DNA of 64,000 nt from Escherichia phage ELT1: the sequence record MZ892903.1; one strand, written 5' to 3'. Numbering within the stretch: the first letter of the stretch is position 1; every line of letters begins with the position of its first letter. Positions 28,672 through 37,381 of the stretch are shown piece by piece. Made by a program: the position numbers and the translations under genes. Below the pieces are notes generated by a model, which searched no databases, was not told the origin of the DNA, and worked only from the letters and a program-made list of their open reading frames with translations.

Positions 28672-29652
28672 TTATTTCAGAAGAGTAACCTCAGCAATTT
28701 CTTGCCAACCGTTTTTGTCGGTCATAATAAAGTCAGCAAGATAAAGTGCAGTACGCAGTGAAACATTACGTAAACGGTTAACATTGACTTTCATCCATGA
28801 TAATGCTTTATAAGTTTCTTCATCAGAAAGACCACGCTTTTGCATCATGTCGGTTGAAAGAATAACATCTTCAACCCTGACCATAATTTCTTCATTAGTG
28901 TGAACACCCAAATCTAAATAAACTGAGCGGGACACTAATGCTTGTAAATGTGGAGCAAGTTTAGTACCACGGTCTAATTCGCGGTCAATGTCAACGTTTG
29001 TGATAAAAACAATCGTTCCTTTAAATTCAAACTCACGCTCAATGCCTTTTTCTTCTAAGTAAGAAGATGCGGTGCTCCAGCAGACTTTACGGGTCTCTCC
29101 GGTGTCCAGAGCAGCTTTCAGAAGATTAAGAATGTCCATATCAGAGAAAACATCCACATCATCAATCAAAAGGACAGAATTCTCTTCACGATTATTCCAG
29201 AGCTGTTCATAAAGACCGATACCAGAGATTTTACCGTTAATGCTTTTATATTCAATGTATCCATTATCATTTGCTTTATTTAAAGCTTTATCTAAAGAAT
29301 ACGTTTTACCAATACCCGCCGCACCAGAGATAATTAATGAACGAATGTTTCCGTTAATAATACCATTCGTCATCATTCCCATAACATTAAATCTTTTATT
29401 AATGCGGGTTTTCATATCTTCATATGATTCTTTAACTTCTTCAACTTTTACACCATCATATGAAATGTCTGATTTGTAAACCCAAACACCGCGACGCTTA
29501 CCGTCAATTTCAACAAAAACTTTACCATCTCCTTGTGCATCTACCGGAGCATTATCTGGGAACCATTCGCCTAAGAGCTCAAAAGTTCCAGAGATTTCTT
29601 TACCGAAGTAGATACCCTTATTGATAGTTACAGTTTTCATTTTATTCTCCAA
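28672..29652 (-). CDS. P-loop (AAA-type) ATPase, function unknown
   Basis: 326 aa; Walker A ISGAAGIGKTYS and Walker B VLLIDDVD. Confidence 0.55.
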   Translation of the reverse strand: MENKMKTVTINKGIYFGKEISGTFELLGEWFPDNAPVDAQGDGKVFVEIDGKRRGVWVYKSDISYDGVKVEEVKESYEDMKTRINKRFNVMGMMTNGIINGNIRSLIISGAAGIGKTYSLDKALNKANDNGYIEYKSINGKISGIGLYEQLWNNREENSVLLIDDVDVFSDMDILNLLKAALDTGETRKVCWSTASSYLEEKGIEREFEFKGTIVFITNVDIDRELDRGTKLAPHLQALVSRSVYLDLGVHTNEEIMVRVEDVILSTDMMQKRGLSDEETYKALSWMKVNVNRLRNVSLRTALYLADFIMTDKNGWQEIAEVTLLK

Positions 29653-29676
29653 TTTTACATTTGTTTTGATAGGGTA

Positions 29677-29705
29677 ATAGTATCACACTACTACCCTACT
29701 GTAAA
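29677..29705 (-). promoter_or_regulatory. T4-type early promoter (TTTACA-N17-TACTAT)
   Basis: Consensus with 17-nt spacer. Confidence 0.55.
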
Positions 29706-29709
29706 CAAT

Positions 29710-29973
29710 TTATTTTAATGTTTGCCAAATTTTTACTGCTTCGCGACGAGATACTTCTACAGCTCCAAGTTCTACAGCTTTTTGGCGTCGCCGAGCGTGT
29801 AAGTCATAATGTTTAATGCGTTTATCTTGAAACCAAGAACGTTTCATTCCTATTGCTTCTGCCATTTTATGAAGCTCTTCAATATCTCCATCAGTGAACA
29901 TATGACAATTTTTAGTTGGATGACCGCGAAGTTTCCATCCATGATTCATTAAAACATCTACGTAAACTGTCAT
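29710..29973 (-). CDS. small conserved protein, DUF4031-like (tentative)
   Basis: 87 aa; MTVYVD...HMF N-terminal pattern. Confidence 0.4.
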   Translation of the reverse strand: MTVYVDVLMNHGWKLRGHPTKNCHMFTDGDIEELHKMAEAIGMKRSWFQDKRIKHYDLHARRRQKAVELGAVEVSRREAVKIWQTLK

Positions 29974-30119
29974 TGATTCTTCTCCAAATAAGTTTCGATA
30001 ATTTTCTGAGCGAGATAAACTGCATTATCTTCAGTTGCATCTTCTAAGAAACTTTCAAAACACTCTGAAATTTCTTCTGTGTCAATCAACTTTTTTACTT
30101 CAATTGGTGTAATTTTCAT
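29970..30119 (-). CDS. small acidic protein; start trimmed past promoter read-through
   Basis: Internal ATG gives 49 aa; ORF-track extension encodes GTIQLS promoter artefact. Confidence 0.35.
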   Translation of the reverse strand: MKITPIEVKKLIDTEEISECFESFLEDATEDNAVYLAQKIIETYLEKNQ

Positions 30120-30156
30120 TTTGTTTTTCCGTTTAAGTGTTTGTTTTGATAGTTGT

Positions 30157-30185
30157 ATAGTACCATAAAGCTTTATGCTTGTAAA
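30157..30185 (-). promoter_or_regulatory. T4-type early promoter (TTTACA-N17-TACTAT)
   Basis: Consensus with upstream AAAAATTTTTCACAAA A/T element. Confidence 0.55.
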
Positions 30186-30216
30186 CAACTTTGTGAAAAA
30201 TTTTTGAAATAAAAAA

Positions 30217-30234
30217 GGGAGCCCGAAGGCTCCC
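30217..30234 (-). terminator. intrinsic terminator: GGGAGCC UUCG GGCUCCC followed by U6
   Basis: 7-bp GC stem, UUCG loop, UUUUUU tract, directly after the nucleotidyltransferase ORF stop. Confidence 0.6.
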
Positions 30235-30236
30235 TA

Positions 30237-31247
30237 TCATTTATAATAACTTCGGTGGTTTTCAAGATAGACCTTCTCAAGGAAGTCATCCCAGAAACTC
30301 ATGTCTACTGTTTTAGGCATACCGTTCTTAGAAGCTTCAGTAGATGCTGCTTCTACTTGATCGACCACATCTTCCAAAAACTCTTGAACTGTTTTAAATG
30401 GATGTTTACCCAACTTCACGTCGAGAATAAATGGAGCGTCTTGGAGTGGATAAACCAAGTCACCAGTTTTGTAAATTTCCAATAGTTGAAGTCCACCGCG
30501 ACAAGCATGGCTCAGAGCTTTCCAGTCAATACCTTCATTGGCTTCGGCCTTACGAGCACGTTCACCGTATTCAGCATCTAATTTGTTCAGTGACTGCTTA
30601 AGCTCAATAAGAGAAAGAGTTGTCTGATATTTACGACCCAACACTGTGTAAAACGTCTGTGGGCCTGTTTTCTCATGATTATGGAACACCCATTCACAGA
30701 ATTCGTTTTCTGGAAGACGATGCTTAATATCTTCAACTTTAGTGCGGCGAAGTCTATCAGGGATTCCTTCTTGATAGTCGACCCACTGGTCAGGGATTTG
30801 ATTAACTACTTTCAATACATCGCGTAATGCAGCCAAACGAGAACCCTTGACGCCGTATTTAGAAGCTTGCTTGCGGACATATCCTAAATATGATTTCATG
30901 TTAGTCGTATAAAAACGAGAACGGTTGTCTTGAATAAACTTCCACACATCAGGCAAATCAGATTTAACCACTAGTTCAGGTGGAGTGTGAAGCATATCCA
31001 ATGCTACGGTTTCACCATCTGCTGCTAATTTAAAGAAATATTTAAGACTGTATAGTTCATGGTCAATATCATCTTTGGTGTTTTTAGATGATGTGTTGTT
31101 AGTGTTTTTACTCATATGCTCTTTAACATTTCCGATAAGAATATCACGAGCAGGAGGAACAAAGATTTCTTTAAAATCTACATCAGATTCTGGAGTAGAA
31201 GTTCCATAAAGATGACTACCAAAATAAGACTTAACTACAGTTTTCAT
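30237..31247 (-). CDS. polymerase-beta-superfamily nucleotidyltransferase, function unknown
   Basis: 336 aa; N-terminal GSHLYGTSTPESDVDF (GS...DxD NTase motif) followed by helical domain. Confidence 0.55.
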   Translation of the reverse strand: MKTVVKSYFGSHLYGTSTPESDVDFKEIFVPPARDILIGNVKEHMSKNTNNTSSKNTKDDIDHELYSLKYFFKLAADGETVALDMLHTPPELVVKSDLPDVWKFIQDNRSRFYTTNMKSYLGYVRKQASKYGVKGSRLAALRDVLKVVNQIPDQWVDYQEGIPDRLRRTKVEDIKHRLPENEFCEWVFHNHEKTGPQTFYTVLGRKYQTTLSLIELKQSLNKLDAEYGERARKAEANEGIDWKALSHACRGGLQLLEIYKTGDLVYPLQDAPFILDVKLGKHPFKTVQEFLEDVVDQVEAASTEASKNGMPKTVDMSFWDDFLEKVYLENHRSYYK

Positions 31248-31431
31248 TATTCCACCTAATCATTTCAAGATATTGAACTAACTTAGCTTTAGATTTATCC
31301 AAATCCTTTTTAGCTGCTTCTATACCGTCGTATGAATATCCTTCACAATGCTCAACTGCCAATTGGTATGAATCTATTTCAACATCACGTGCTAATTTAA
31401 TGATTTTTTCAAACTGTTCACGTGTTAACAT
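31231..31431 (-). CDS. small acidic helical protein (paralog family)
   Basis: 66 aa. Confidence 0.4.
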   Translation of the reverse strand: MLTREQFEKIIKLARDVEIDSYQLAVEHCEGYSYDGIEAAKKDLDKSKAKLVQYLEMIRWNNENCS

Positions 31432-31433
31432 AC

Positions 31434-31652
31434 TTAAACTCTCGTATTATGATCAATAATTTCATCAAGAAACATATCTAACGCTTCTACAGCATTATCA
31501 ACTTTAGCTTCAAATTCTTCAATACCTGATAAGGCAAAGTTAATGCGTTCCTCATCTGCTTTACGAATTAAAGCTACCAATTCTTTAATCTTATCCGCTT
31601 GTTCGATACTAATCATTATTCCACCACATATGAAAGAGAGAATATTGCACAC
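31434..31652 (-). CDS. small acidic helical protein (paralog family)
   Basis: 72 aa. Confidence 0.4.
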   Translation of the reverse strand: MCNILSFICGGIMISIEQADKIKELVALIRKADEERINFALSGIEEFEAKVDNAVEALDMFLDEIIDHNTRV

Positions 31653-31804
31653 GCCATATGAGTTGCAGCTTCATCACACATATCATAACGTTTCTTAAGA
31701 AGTTCTACAAGTTCTTCACTAGTGACTTCATCCATGTCGACGAAAAAATCACCATTAATGATGACGTAGATATTTCCTTCTTGATTAAGTGCTTCAATTT
31801 TCAT
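31616..31804 (-). CDS. small acidic protein; start trimmed past promoter read-through
   Basis: Internal ATG gives 62 aa. Confidence 0.35.
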   Translation of the reverse strand: MKIEALNQEGNIYVIINGDFFVDMDEVTSEELVELLKKRYDMCDEAATHMACAIFSLSYVVE

Positions 31805-31832
31805 GATGTTCTCCTCTTTATCCGATAGTTGT

Positions 31833-31861
31833 ATAGTACCACAGCTCAAACGGAAAGTAAA
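31833..31861 (-). promoter_or_regulatory. T4-type early promoter (TTTACT-N17-TACTAT)
   Basis: Consensus with 17-nt spacer. Confidence 0.5.
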
Positions 31862-31877
31862 CCGGTAAAATGAAAAA

Positions 31878-31895
31878 AGTCTCCCGAAGGAGACT
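31878..31895 (-). terminator. intrinsic terminator: AGUCUCC UUCG GGAGACU followed by U-run
   Basis: Hairpin with UUCG loop and UUUUU. Confidence 0.55.
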
Positions 31896-31899
31896 AATG

Positions 31900-32286
31900 T
31901 TATTCGAGGGAAAGAAGATACTTACTCTGGTAAAACATTCCAGTAATATCATCTATCGTGCTTTGGATGGCTGGAGGCATTTCTTTATAAATGCTGTTAG
32001 ATTGGTCTAGTATGCGATCAATCATTTTAATTGTGTCGGTAGGAAGTTTACTAGCATCTGGAATTGAAGGCGTGTATTTTCTACCAGAATACCCCAAATA
32101 TTGCTCACCAAATTTATCAATCAAATCTGGCAACTCGGAGAAAATAAAATCGTATGCTTTGTGTCTAGCATAATTTTTAGTTTCAAAATGTGCAGAATGA
32201 AAATAAGCTTGTGCAGCCATTAATAAACCTAAGTATTCATCTGCCTTTGAAGGTTTTCCACTTTGTGAAAAGTCGCTGAATTTCAT
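31900..32286 (-). CDS. hypothetical protein
   Basis: 128 aa ORF adjacent to rI. Confidence 0.45.
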   Translation of the reverse strand: MKFSDFSQSGKPSKADEYLGLLMAAQAYFHSAHFETKNYARHKAYDFIFSELPDLIDKFGEQYLGYSGRKYTPSIPDASKLPTDTIKMIDRILDQSNSIYKEMPPAIQSTIDDITGMFYQSKYLLSLE

Positions 32287-32576
32287 TCAGTCTCCAATTT
32301 AATGTTCATAATTCTAGCGTATGATTGTGCCATCTCCGCGCCTCGTTCTATACATTCAAAATCAGAAGAGCACGGGTCATTTTTATAGGTCGTTCTCATA
32401 AAACTATAGAATTGTTCAGACGATTCTACGCTTTTATTTTCAAAAAGCATATAAACGTGCCTAATACCAGATTCCATAAATTTATCAAAATGAGGATCGA
32501 CATTCGCTTCAATCGATGGAGATAAAACAAATGACAATCCTAGCATGGCAAAAAGTGCCGTTGCTTTTAAGGCCAT
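32283..32576 (-). CDS. rI: lysis inhibition regulator rI (membrane/periplasmic)
   Basis: 97 aa as in T4 RI; N-terminal signal-anchor; position next to tk. Confidence 0.75.
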   Translation of the reverse strand: MALKATALFAMLGLSFVLSPSIEANVDPHFDKFMESGIRHVYMLFENKSVESSEQFYSFMRTTYKNDPCSSDFECIERGAEMAQSYARIMNIKLETE

Positions 32577-32588
32577 AAAGGCCTCCTA

Positions 32589-32801
32589 TCATTTTTGTCC
32601 TGTATTTACTTTATGCCGATGCACGGCCTTAACTTTATCAAGGTATTTTTCAAAATTTCGCAATCTAGTATAGTCTGCCGGAGATTGGTTGAGTGATACT
32701 TCTCGACGCAAAGCTGAAATAACATTTCCAACTTCCCTACGAATTTCATCTAATTGAAGAACAGTAAGATTGCGAAGTTGCTTTTCAGTTAATTGTAGCA
32801 T
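32589..32801 (-). CDS. hypothetical protein
   Basis: 70 aa ORF. Confidence 0.4.
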   Translation of the reverse strand: MLQLTEKQLRNLTVLQLDEIRREVGNVISALRREVSLNQSPADYTRLRNFEKYLDKVKAVHRHKVNTGQK

Positions 32802-32843
32802 ATATACCCCTTTAGTTAGATAAACCTATTTATAACTTTTGCA

Positions 32844-33425
32844 CTAACCGAGCTTTTTAGTTAATTCATTCCAATGTTTTCTGCACAAAGAAACATAAAT
32901 TTCATCACCAATACAGATTTGATTACCTTCTTTAACTGGTGTTCCATCTTCCATTAATCGAGCTGTCATAATCGCTTTTTTACCGCAATGACAAACTGCC
33001 TTTAGTTCAATAAGTTTATCTGCAATCGCCAAAAGTTCTTTAGAACCTTCAAATAATTTTCCAGCGAAATCAGTCCTTAGACCATAAGCCATAACAGGAA
33101 CATTATATGTATCGACAATTCGGCTTAATTGATGTACCTGTTCAGTTTTTAAAAACTGAGCTTCATCTACAAATACACAATGAATATCTTTTTGTGCTTC
33201 AGCCCATTTATAGAACTCAAAAATATCCATATCATCCGTAATAATATTCGCTTCCTGTTTAATTCCAATGCGAGAAACGACTTCACAGACAGAATCGCGA
33301 GTATCAATAGCAGGCTTAAGAACTAATACACTCATTCCGCGTTCTTTATAATTATGTGCAGCAGTCAAAAGAGAAGCAGATTTTCCAGCATTCATTGCTG
33401 CATAAGTAAAAATTAAACTCGCCAT
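32844..33425 (-). CDS. tk: thymidine kinase
   Basis: 193 aa; P-loop GKS and TK Zn-ribbon cysteines. Confidence 0.9.
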   Translation of the reverse strand: MASLIFTYAAMNAGKSASLLTAAHNYKERGMSVLVLKPAIDTRDSVCEVVSRIGIKQEANIITDDMDIFEFYKWAEAQKDIHCVFVDEAQFLKTEQVHQLSRIVDTYNVPVMAYGLRTDFAGKLFEGSKELLAIADKLIELKAVCHCGKKAIMTARLMEDGTPVKEGNQICIGDEIYVSLCRKHWNELTKKLG

Positions 33426-33426
33426 T

Positions 33427-33615
33427 TTAGTCCTTAGTTAAATTTTCTAAATATGTTTCTAAATCATTTTCAGCTTTATCGATAGATTTTACTAATTCGT
33501 AGTATGTTTCGGCATCTCCATATTCAGAAGATATTTCAAAAGACAAATCCTTTTCTAAACTAATAATTTCACCAACTAAAAATAATATTTCGTTCTTTTG
33601 TTCGCGAGTAATCAT
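33427..33615 (-). CDS. small acidic helical protein (paralog family)
   Basis: 62 aa. Confidence 0.4.
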   Translation of the reverse strand: MITREQKNEILFLVGEIISLEKDLSFEISSEYGDAETYYELVKSIDKAENDLETYLENLTKD

Positions 33616-33797
33616 AAGGAATTTATATAATCAATGAGTTCTTGTTCTTTATTATCAAATTCTTTGGAAAGTTCTTCATATTCATTTGCGCTAAAAGGAC
33701 CGCATTCATCACAAACTTTTTCCAATTCACTGTTTTTATCCATAACTTCGTGGATAAGAGAAAAGAGTTTGTCTTTTTGTTCTTTGCTTAGGCTCAT
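33612..33797 (-). CDS. small acidic helical protein (paralog family)
   Basis: 61 aa. Confidence 0.4.
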   Translation of the reverse strand: MSLSKEQKDKLFSLIHEVMDKNSELEKVCDECGPFSANEYEELSKEFDNKEQELIDYINSL

Positions 33798-33963
33798 ATA
33801 TTAATTTCCAGAAGTTTTAAAATAATTCGCTTTTGCTTAAATATTTCCATAGTTAAATGATCAGTATCTTTTTGACCAATTCCAATGGCAAAACCTTTAT
33901 TAGCAGCGAGTTCAATTAAATTATCAAGTTCACGTGACACTTCATATTGTAACTCAGAACTAT

Positions 33964-34191
33964 TCATTTCGGTTTACCTTCTTTAACGAAATCTGGATAA
34001 GGATAAAATCCCGAATAAAATCCTTCACATTTATGATTGATGCATCCTTTATTAGAACAATAGCACCAATAATCGAAATCACAAGCCATTTCATCGTTAC
34101 ATAAAGCAAAAACAACCGGCCATTTACACTTTTCACAATGGGCATTTTTAAGAATACTAGTTTGGCTCATAACCATGTAACCTTTAAGCAA
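33964..34191 (-). CDS. small cysteine-rich protein (probable zinc binder)
   Basis: About 11 Cys/His in 75 aa (CEKCKW...CNDEMAC...CYC...CINHKCEG). Confidence 0.4.
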   Translation of the reverse strand: MLKGYMVMSQTSILKNAHCEKCKWPVVFALCNDEMACDFDYWCYCSNKGCINHKCEGFYSGFYPYPDFVKEGKPK

Positions 34192-34394
34192 TATTCTTCT
34201 ACGTGCTGTTTACGACCTTTCTTATCAATAAAGGTATATTCAACGAATGTTCCAATATAATCTTTATCTACATCATGTGGACTATTAATTGGACATTTAG
34301 TACGGCAAATGCGTTCCCATTGACGAATAATTACTGCCTTATTCTTTGGGTCATACGGATGTGGATAATGTATATTCATAATAACGGTTCCCAA
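34167..34394 (-). CDS. hypothetical protein
   Basis: 75 aa ORF. Confidence 0.35.
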   Translation of the reverse strand: MGTVIMNIHYPHPYDPKNKAVIIRQWERICRTKCPINSPHDVDKDYIGTFVEYTFIDKKGRKQHVEEYCLKVTWL

Positions 34395-34843
34395 TCAACA
34401 ATCACAATTTCTAATTTAGAGGAATATGTATCTAAAATCCCCTCAATAATATCCCAGTTCCCTTTACCTATGCCTGCACCAATCCTAGGCATATAGATTG
34501 TAGGTTTAATCAGTTTATTTTCACCAAACTCATTTAATTCTAACATACAATTCATTAAAGCGGAATACTCAAAATTTGGCCCTGGTTGAAATTGAGTATA
34601 AAGGTTGAAGCAATACGCTTTATGAGTCCTAAAGTATTTTTCATAGACTGAGTAAGAACCAAGTTTAGTTACATCACCCCATTCAGTCTGTAGTTTATCA
34701 GCTTCCAGAATTTTAGGGAAAGCTTTGGTTAATTGACCTGCGACTCCAGCTTTCATCGTATGAAAACAATTGCATCCATGCGCAATATTTTTACCTTCAG
34801 CGAAAAGGGCGACAATATCGCCCTTGATATATTTTACAATCAT
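34376..34843 (-). CDS. macro-domain-like protein (predicted ADP-ribose binding or processing)
   Basis: 155 aa; GDIV...NIAHGCNC...KAGVAGQL and PRIGAGIGKG resemble macro-domain binding loops. Confidence 0.5.
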   Translation of the reverse strand: MIVKYIKGDIVALFAEGKNIAHGCNCFHTMKAGVAGQLTKAFPKILEADKLQTEWGDVTKLGSYSVYEKYFRTHKAYCFNLYTQFQPGPNFEYSALMNCMLELNEFGENKLIKPTIYMPRIGAGIGKGNWDIIEGILDTYSSKLEIVIVDWEPLL

Positions 34844-35187
34844 CTAGTACTCAATCCTCGATTATAAGAATCTACCAAACGGTCAACCATTGAATGACAA
34901 GCGGCTTTATCTTTCTCCTCCGCAACTGAACATTCTAAGGTATTCCACTTTTTAGCATATCGTTTTAATAATGTATCGTTTTTGTATCTGCTTGATTTAT
35001 CTCTTTCTCCGTCTTTATATGCATATATTAATTTCTGTGCAAATTCAGCTTGGCATGCTTTATTTTTCCCACAATAATCTGCCGCAGTGCGGTTTACATA
35101 TTCTCTAATTTCAGTATATGATGTATCTGCTGACGCAGAAGCAGAAAATGAAATTAATCCTATACATAAAACCAAAATTTTAGTCAT
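34840..35187 (-). CDS. secreted small protein (T4 vs position; identity uncertain)
   Basis: 115 aa with N-terminal signal peptide. Confidence 0.4.
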   Translation of the reverse strand: MTKILVLCIGLISFSASASADTSYTEIREYVNRTAADYCGKNKACQAEFAQKLIYAYKDGERDKSSRYKNDTLLKRYAKKWNTLECSVAEEKDKAACHSMVDRLVDSYNRGLSTR

Positions 35188-35725
35188 TTACTATTTCCAA
35201 AAGTTTATTATTTTTAAGGTAATTAGCCTTTTCTAGGACTTCAGAAGCATATTTAGAACCAGCTTTAACATTCCATCCCGAATTATAAGAGGATATTGCT
35301 TTTCTTATATCTCCCTTGTGTATATTTAACCAATAAGAAAGTTCAATGTACGCCCAGGAAGCTGAATTGGACCGTTTATTCAACATTCTTTTTATTTCAG
35401 CATCGGTCATATTATAACCAAGTTCCTTAACTCTTGCTCGCATAGTAGGCAAATAATTTTGGAACATTCCGTAGGCGTGATGCTTTGGTTTAGATTTTAA
35501 ATTAACTCCGCCAGAGCTTTCTTGCCATAAAATAGCAGCCATTATATGACCTAATCCGCTCTTGTGGATATTTTTATGTGTTTTATATTTTCCATCCTTA
35601 GAAAATTGTTCCCCGAATTGATACGCGTAACGCATGTTATCGAGTTGGACATTACTGAAAGTATGCTCGGAGCTATGTGCCATCATAGAAATGGCCAATA
35701 GACCAGCGAGTAGTGCTTTTCTCAT
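35180..35725 (-). CDS. periplasmic lytic-transglycosylase-like protein
   Basis: 181 aa; signal peptide; SLT-like motifs (WQESS, YGMFQ, YNSG). Confidence 0.5.
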   Translation of the reverse strand: MRKALLAGLLAISMMAHSSEHTFSNVQLDNMRYAYQFGEQFSKDGKYKTHKNIHKSGLGHIMAAILWQESSGGVNLKSKPKHHAYGMFQNYLPTMRARVKELGYNMTDAEIKRMLNKRSNSASWAYIELSYWLNIHKGDIRKAISSYNSGWNVKAGSKYASEVLEKANYLKNNKLLEIVND

Positions 35726-35732
35726 GCTTACC

Positions 35733-36194
35733 TCATTGAGTTTTAATTACTGCTTTAGAAGCCTTTCCTGGTAAACGACGACTGTTAATAATTGCCATCC
35801 TGCATTGAAGCGACGGGTCTTTGAACTTCGCATTAGGTTTACAAACTGTAAATCCAAGCCAAAGATTTCCATCTGTGATTTCTAGACGTCCAGGACGATA
35901 TTCAACCCCATCAATAAAATCCTCGTCAATGTCAGGACGCGGAGGCATACTCAGGAATTCATTAACTTCTAAAACATGGTCTTTTATTTTATGGAATAAT
36001 TCAAAAACATATGTCTCATCAATCTCCCGTTGAATTGCGCGATCAAGAAGATGTTGAGAATATTTTAGATGAAACGATGAGACCCCTGCTGCTTTTGATG
36101 CCTCACGAATCTCATTGTTAATTTGACGAAACTCCGACTCAAAGTGACGACGGAGCTTATTTCGACGAATAAAAACTTCTGTGTTGATAGTCAT
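35733..36194 (-). CDS. regB: endoribonuclease RegB
   Basis: 153 aa as in T4 RegB; early promoter just upstream. Confidence 0.8.
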   Translation of the reverse strand: MTINTEVFIRRNKLRRHFESEFRQINNEIREASKAAGVSSFHLKYSQHLLDRAIQREIDETYVFELFHKIKDHVLEVNEFLSMPPRPDIDEDFIDGVEYRPGRLEITDGNLWLGFTVCKPNAKFKDPSLQCRMAIINSRRLPGKASKAVIKTQ

Positions 36195-36221
36195 GTTATT
36201 CTCCTCTTAACTGATAGAAAA

Positions 36222-36250
36222 ATTATACCACAGTCAAGAGGAAAAGTAAA
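36222..36250 (-). promoter_or_regulatory. T4-type early promoter (TTTACT-N17-TATAAT)
   Basis: Consensus upstream of regB. Confidence 0.55.
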
Positions 36251-36253
36251 CAA

Positions 36254-36574
36254 TTATTCTTTAAATCTAATCAATTTATTCATAGACTTTGAAACTTCTG
36301 CACGAACCTCATGTAGATTTTTGAGCTGTTCAAGACGCTGCTCATAGTAAGCAATTTCATCTTCTTCGAGACAGTCCTGTGAATCTTCTTTAAGATAACG
36401 TGCATAGTCCTGGAAAGCGTTACGAACTACTTCCTGGAAGTCATCAAGACTTTGAATTTTCTTAGGAGCAACAGATATACGACGAGGGGCAGTATAATAC
36501 TCATAACCAAACCCTGCGCTTAATTGAGCCATTAGTATTTTTCCTCTGGTTGGAACACAGCACGGCAAGCCCAC
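36254..36574 (-). CDS. hypothetical protein (vs.x)
   Basis: 106 aa ORF; true start may be an internal ATG. Confidence 0.4.
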   Translation of the reverse strand: MGLPCCVPTRGKILMAQLSAGFGYEYYTAPRRISVAPKKIQSLDDFQEVVRNAFQDYARYLKEDSQDCLEEDEIAYYEQRLEQLKNLHEVRAEVSKSMNKLIRFKE

Positions 36575-36798
36575 ATACTGGCTTCTTTGAGTTTCGTTTT
36601 AGCAATAGTTAACTGATCGAGGCTTTCAGCATAATTCTTCGCGAATTCACAGTCTTCACAATTATCTAGTGCTTCCCAGAATTCATCGTATAAAGCATCA
36701 AAGATAAGTCCTAAACGAACTTCAGCGTCTTTAATAGCATTCACTTTACCGATTTTCTCTTCAGTATGTGGCTTATAACCCTTAATATCTTCAATCAT
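36532..36798 (-). CDS. hypothetical small acidic protein (vs.x)
   Basis: 88 aa ORF. Confidence 0.4.
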   Translation of the reverse strand: MIEDIKGYKPHTEEKIGKVNAIKDAEVRLGLIFDALYDEFWEALDNCEDCEFAKNYAESLDQLTIAKTKLKEASMWACRAVFQPEEKY

Positions 36799-37012
36799 AT
36801 TTTACTTCCTCACCAGTACCTAAATCATATTCAACTAAACGAATAGGCTCATGAATTCCATATCCTTGAACAGAAATTTCTGTCGTGGGATAAATTCCAT
36901 CAATATCACCCATGTTCCATGCTTCGTTAAATTGCTGTTCGCCTGAATTACTAAACCATTCGGCGAAAGCATTTAGCACATCTTCAGAACCTTCAATAAT
37001 TATCTTTGCCAT
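36791..37012 (-). CDS. hypothetical small acidic protein (vs.x)
   Basis: 73 aa ORF. Confidence 0.4.
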   Translation of the reverse strand: MAKIIIEGSEDVLNAFAEWFSNSGEQQFNEAWNMGDIDGIYPTTEISVQGYGIHEPIRLVEYDLGTGEEVKYD

Positions 37013-37374
37013 TACAAACTCTCGGTAAAGGTACGAGCGATAACGTCGCGCTGCTGTTCCGGAGTCAGAGAGTTAAAGCGAACTGCATAACCGGATACAC
37101 GGATGGTCAGCTGCGGATATTTTTCCGGATGCTTAACTGCATCTTCCAGAGTTTCACGACGCAGAACGTTAACGTTCAGGTGTTGACCACCTTCAATTTT
37201 AACTGTAGGCTGTTGCTCAATTTCAATTTCACGGGCATGCAAACCATAGAAAATTTCTGGGTCTACAAAAGAGTCCTCTTTAAAGGTTTTAGAGACAATA
37301 ATTCGTGCTTGAATACCATCTTCAAAATAAATAGTACCTTTATGTGTGCCTTCAAGAATTTGATATGCTTTCAT
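37012..37374 (-). CDS. autonomous glycyl-radical cofactor, GrcA/YfiD-like
   Basis: 120 aa; C-terminal RVSGYAVRF glycyl-radical signature. Confidence 0.8.
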   Translation of the reverse strand: MKAYQILEGTHKGTIYFEDGIQARIIVSKTFKEDSFVDPEIFYGLHAREIEIEQQPTVKIEGGQHLNVNVLRRETLEDAVKHPEKYPQLTIRVSGYAVRFNSLTPEQQRDVIARTFTESL

Positions 37375-37381
37375 ATAAACC

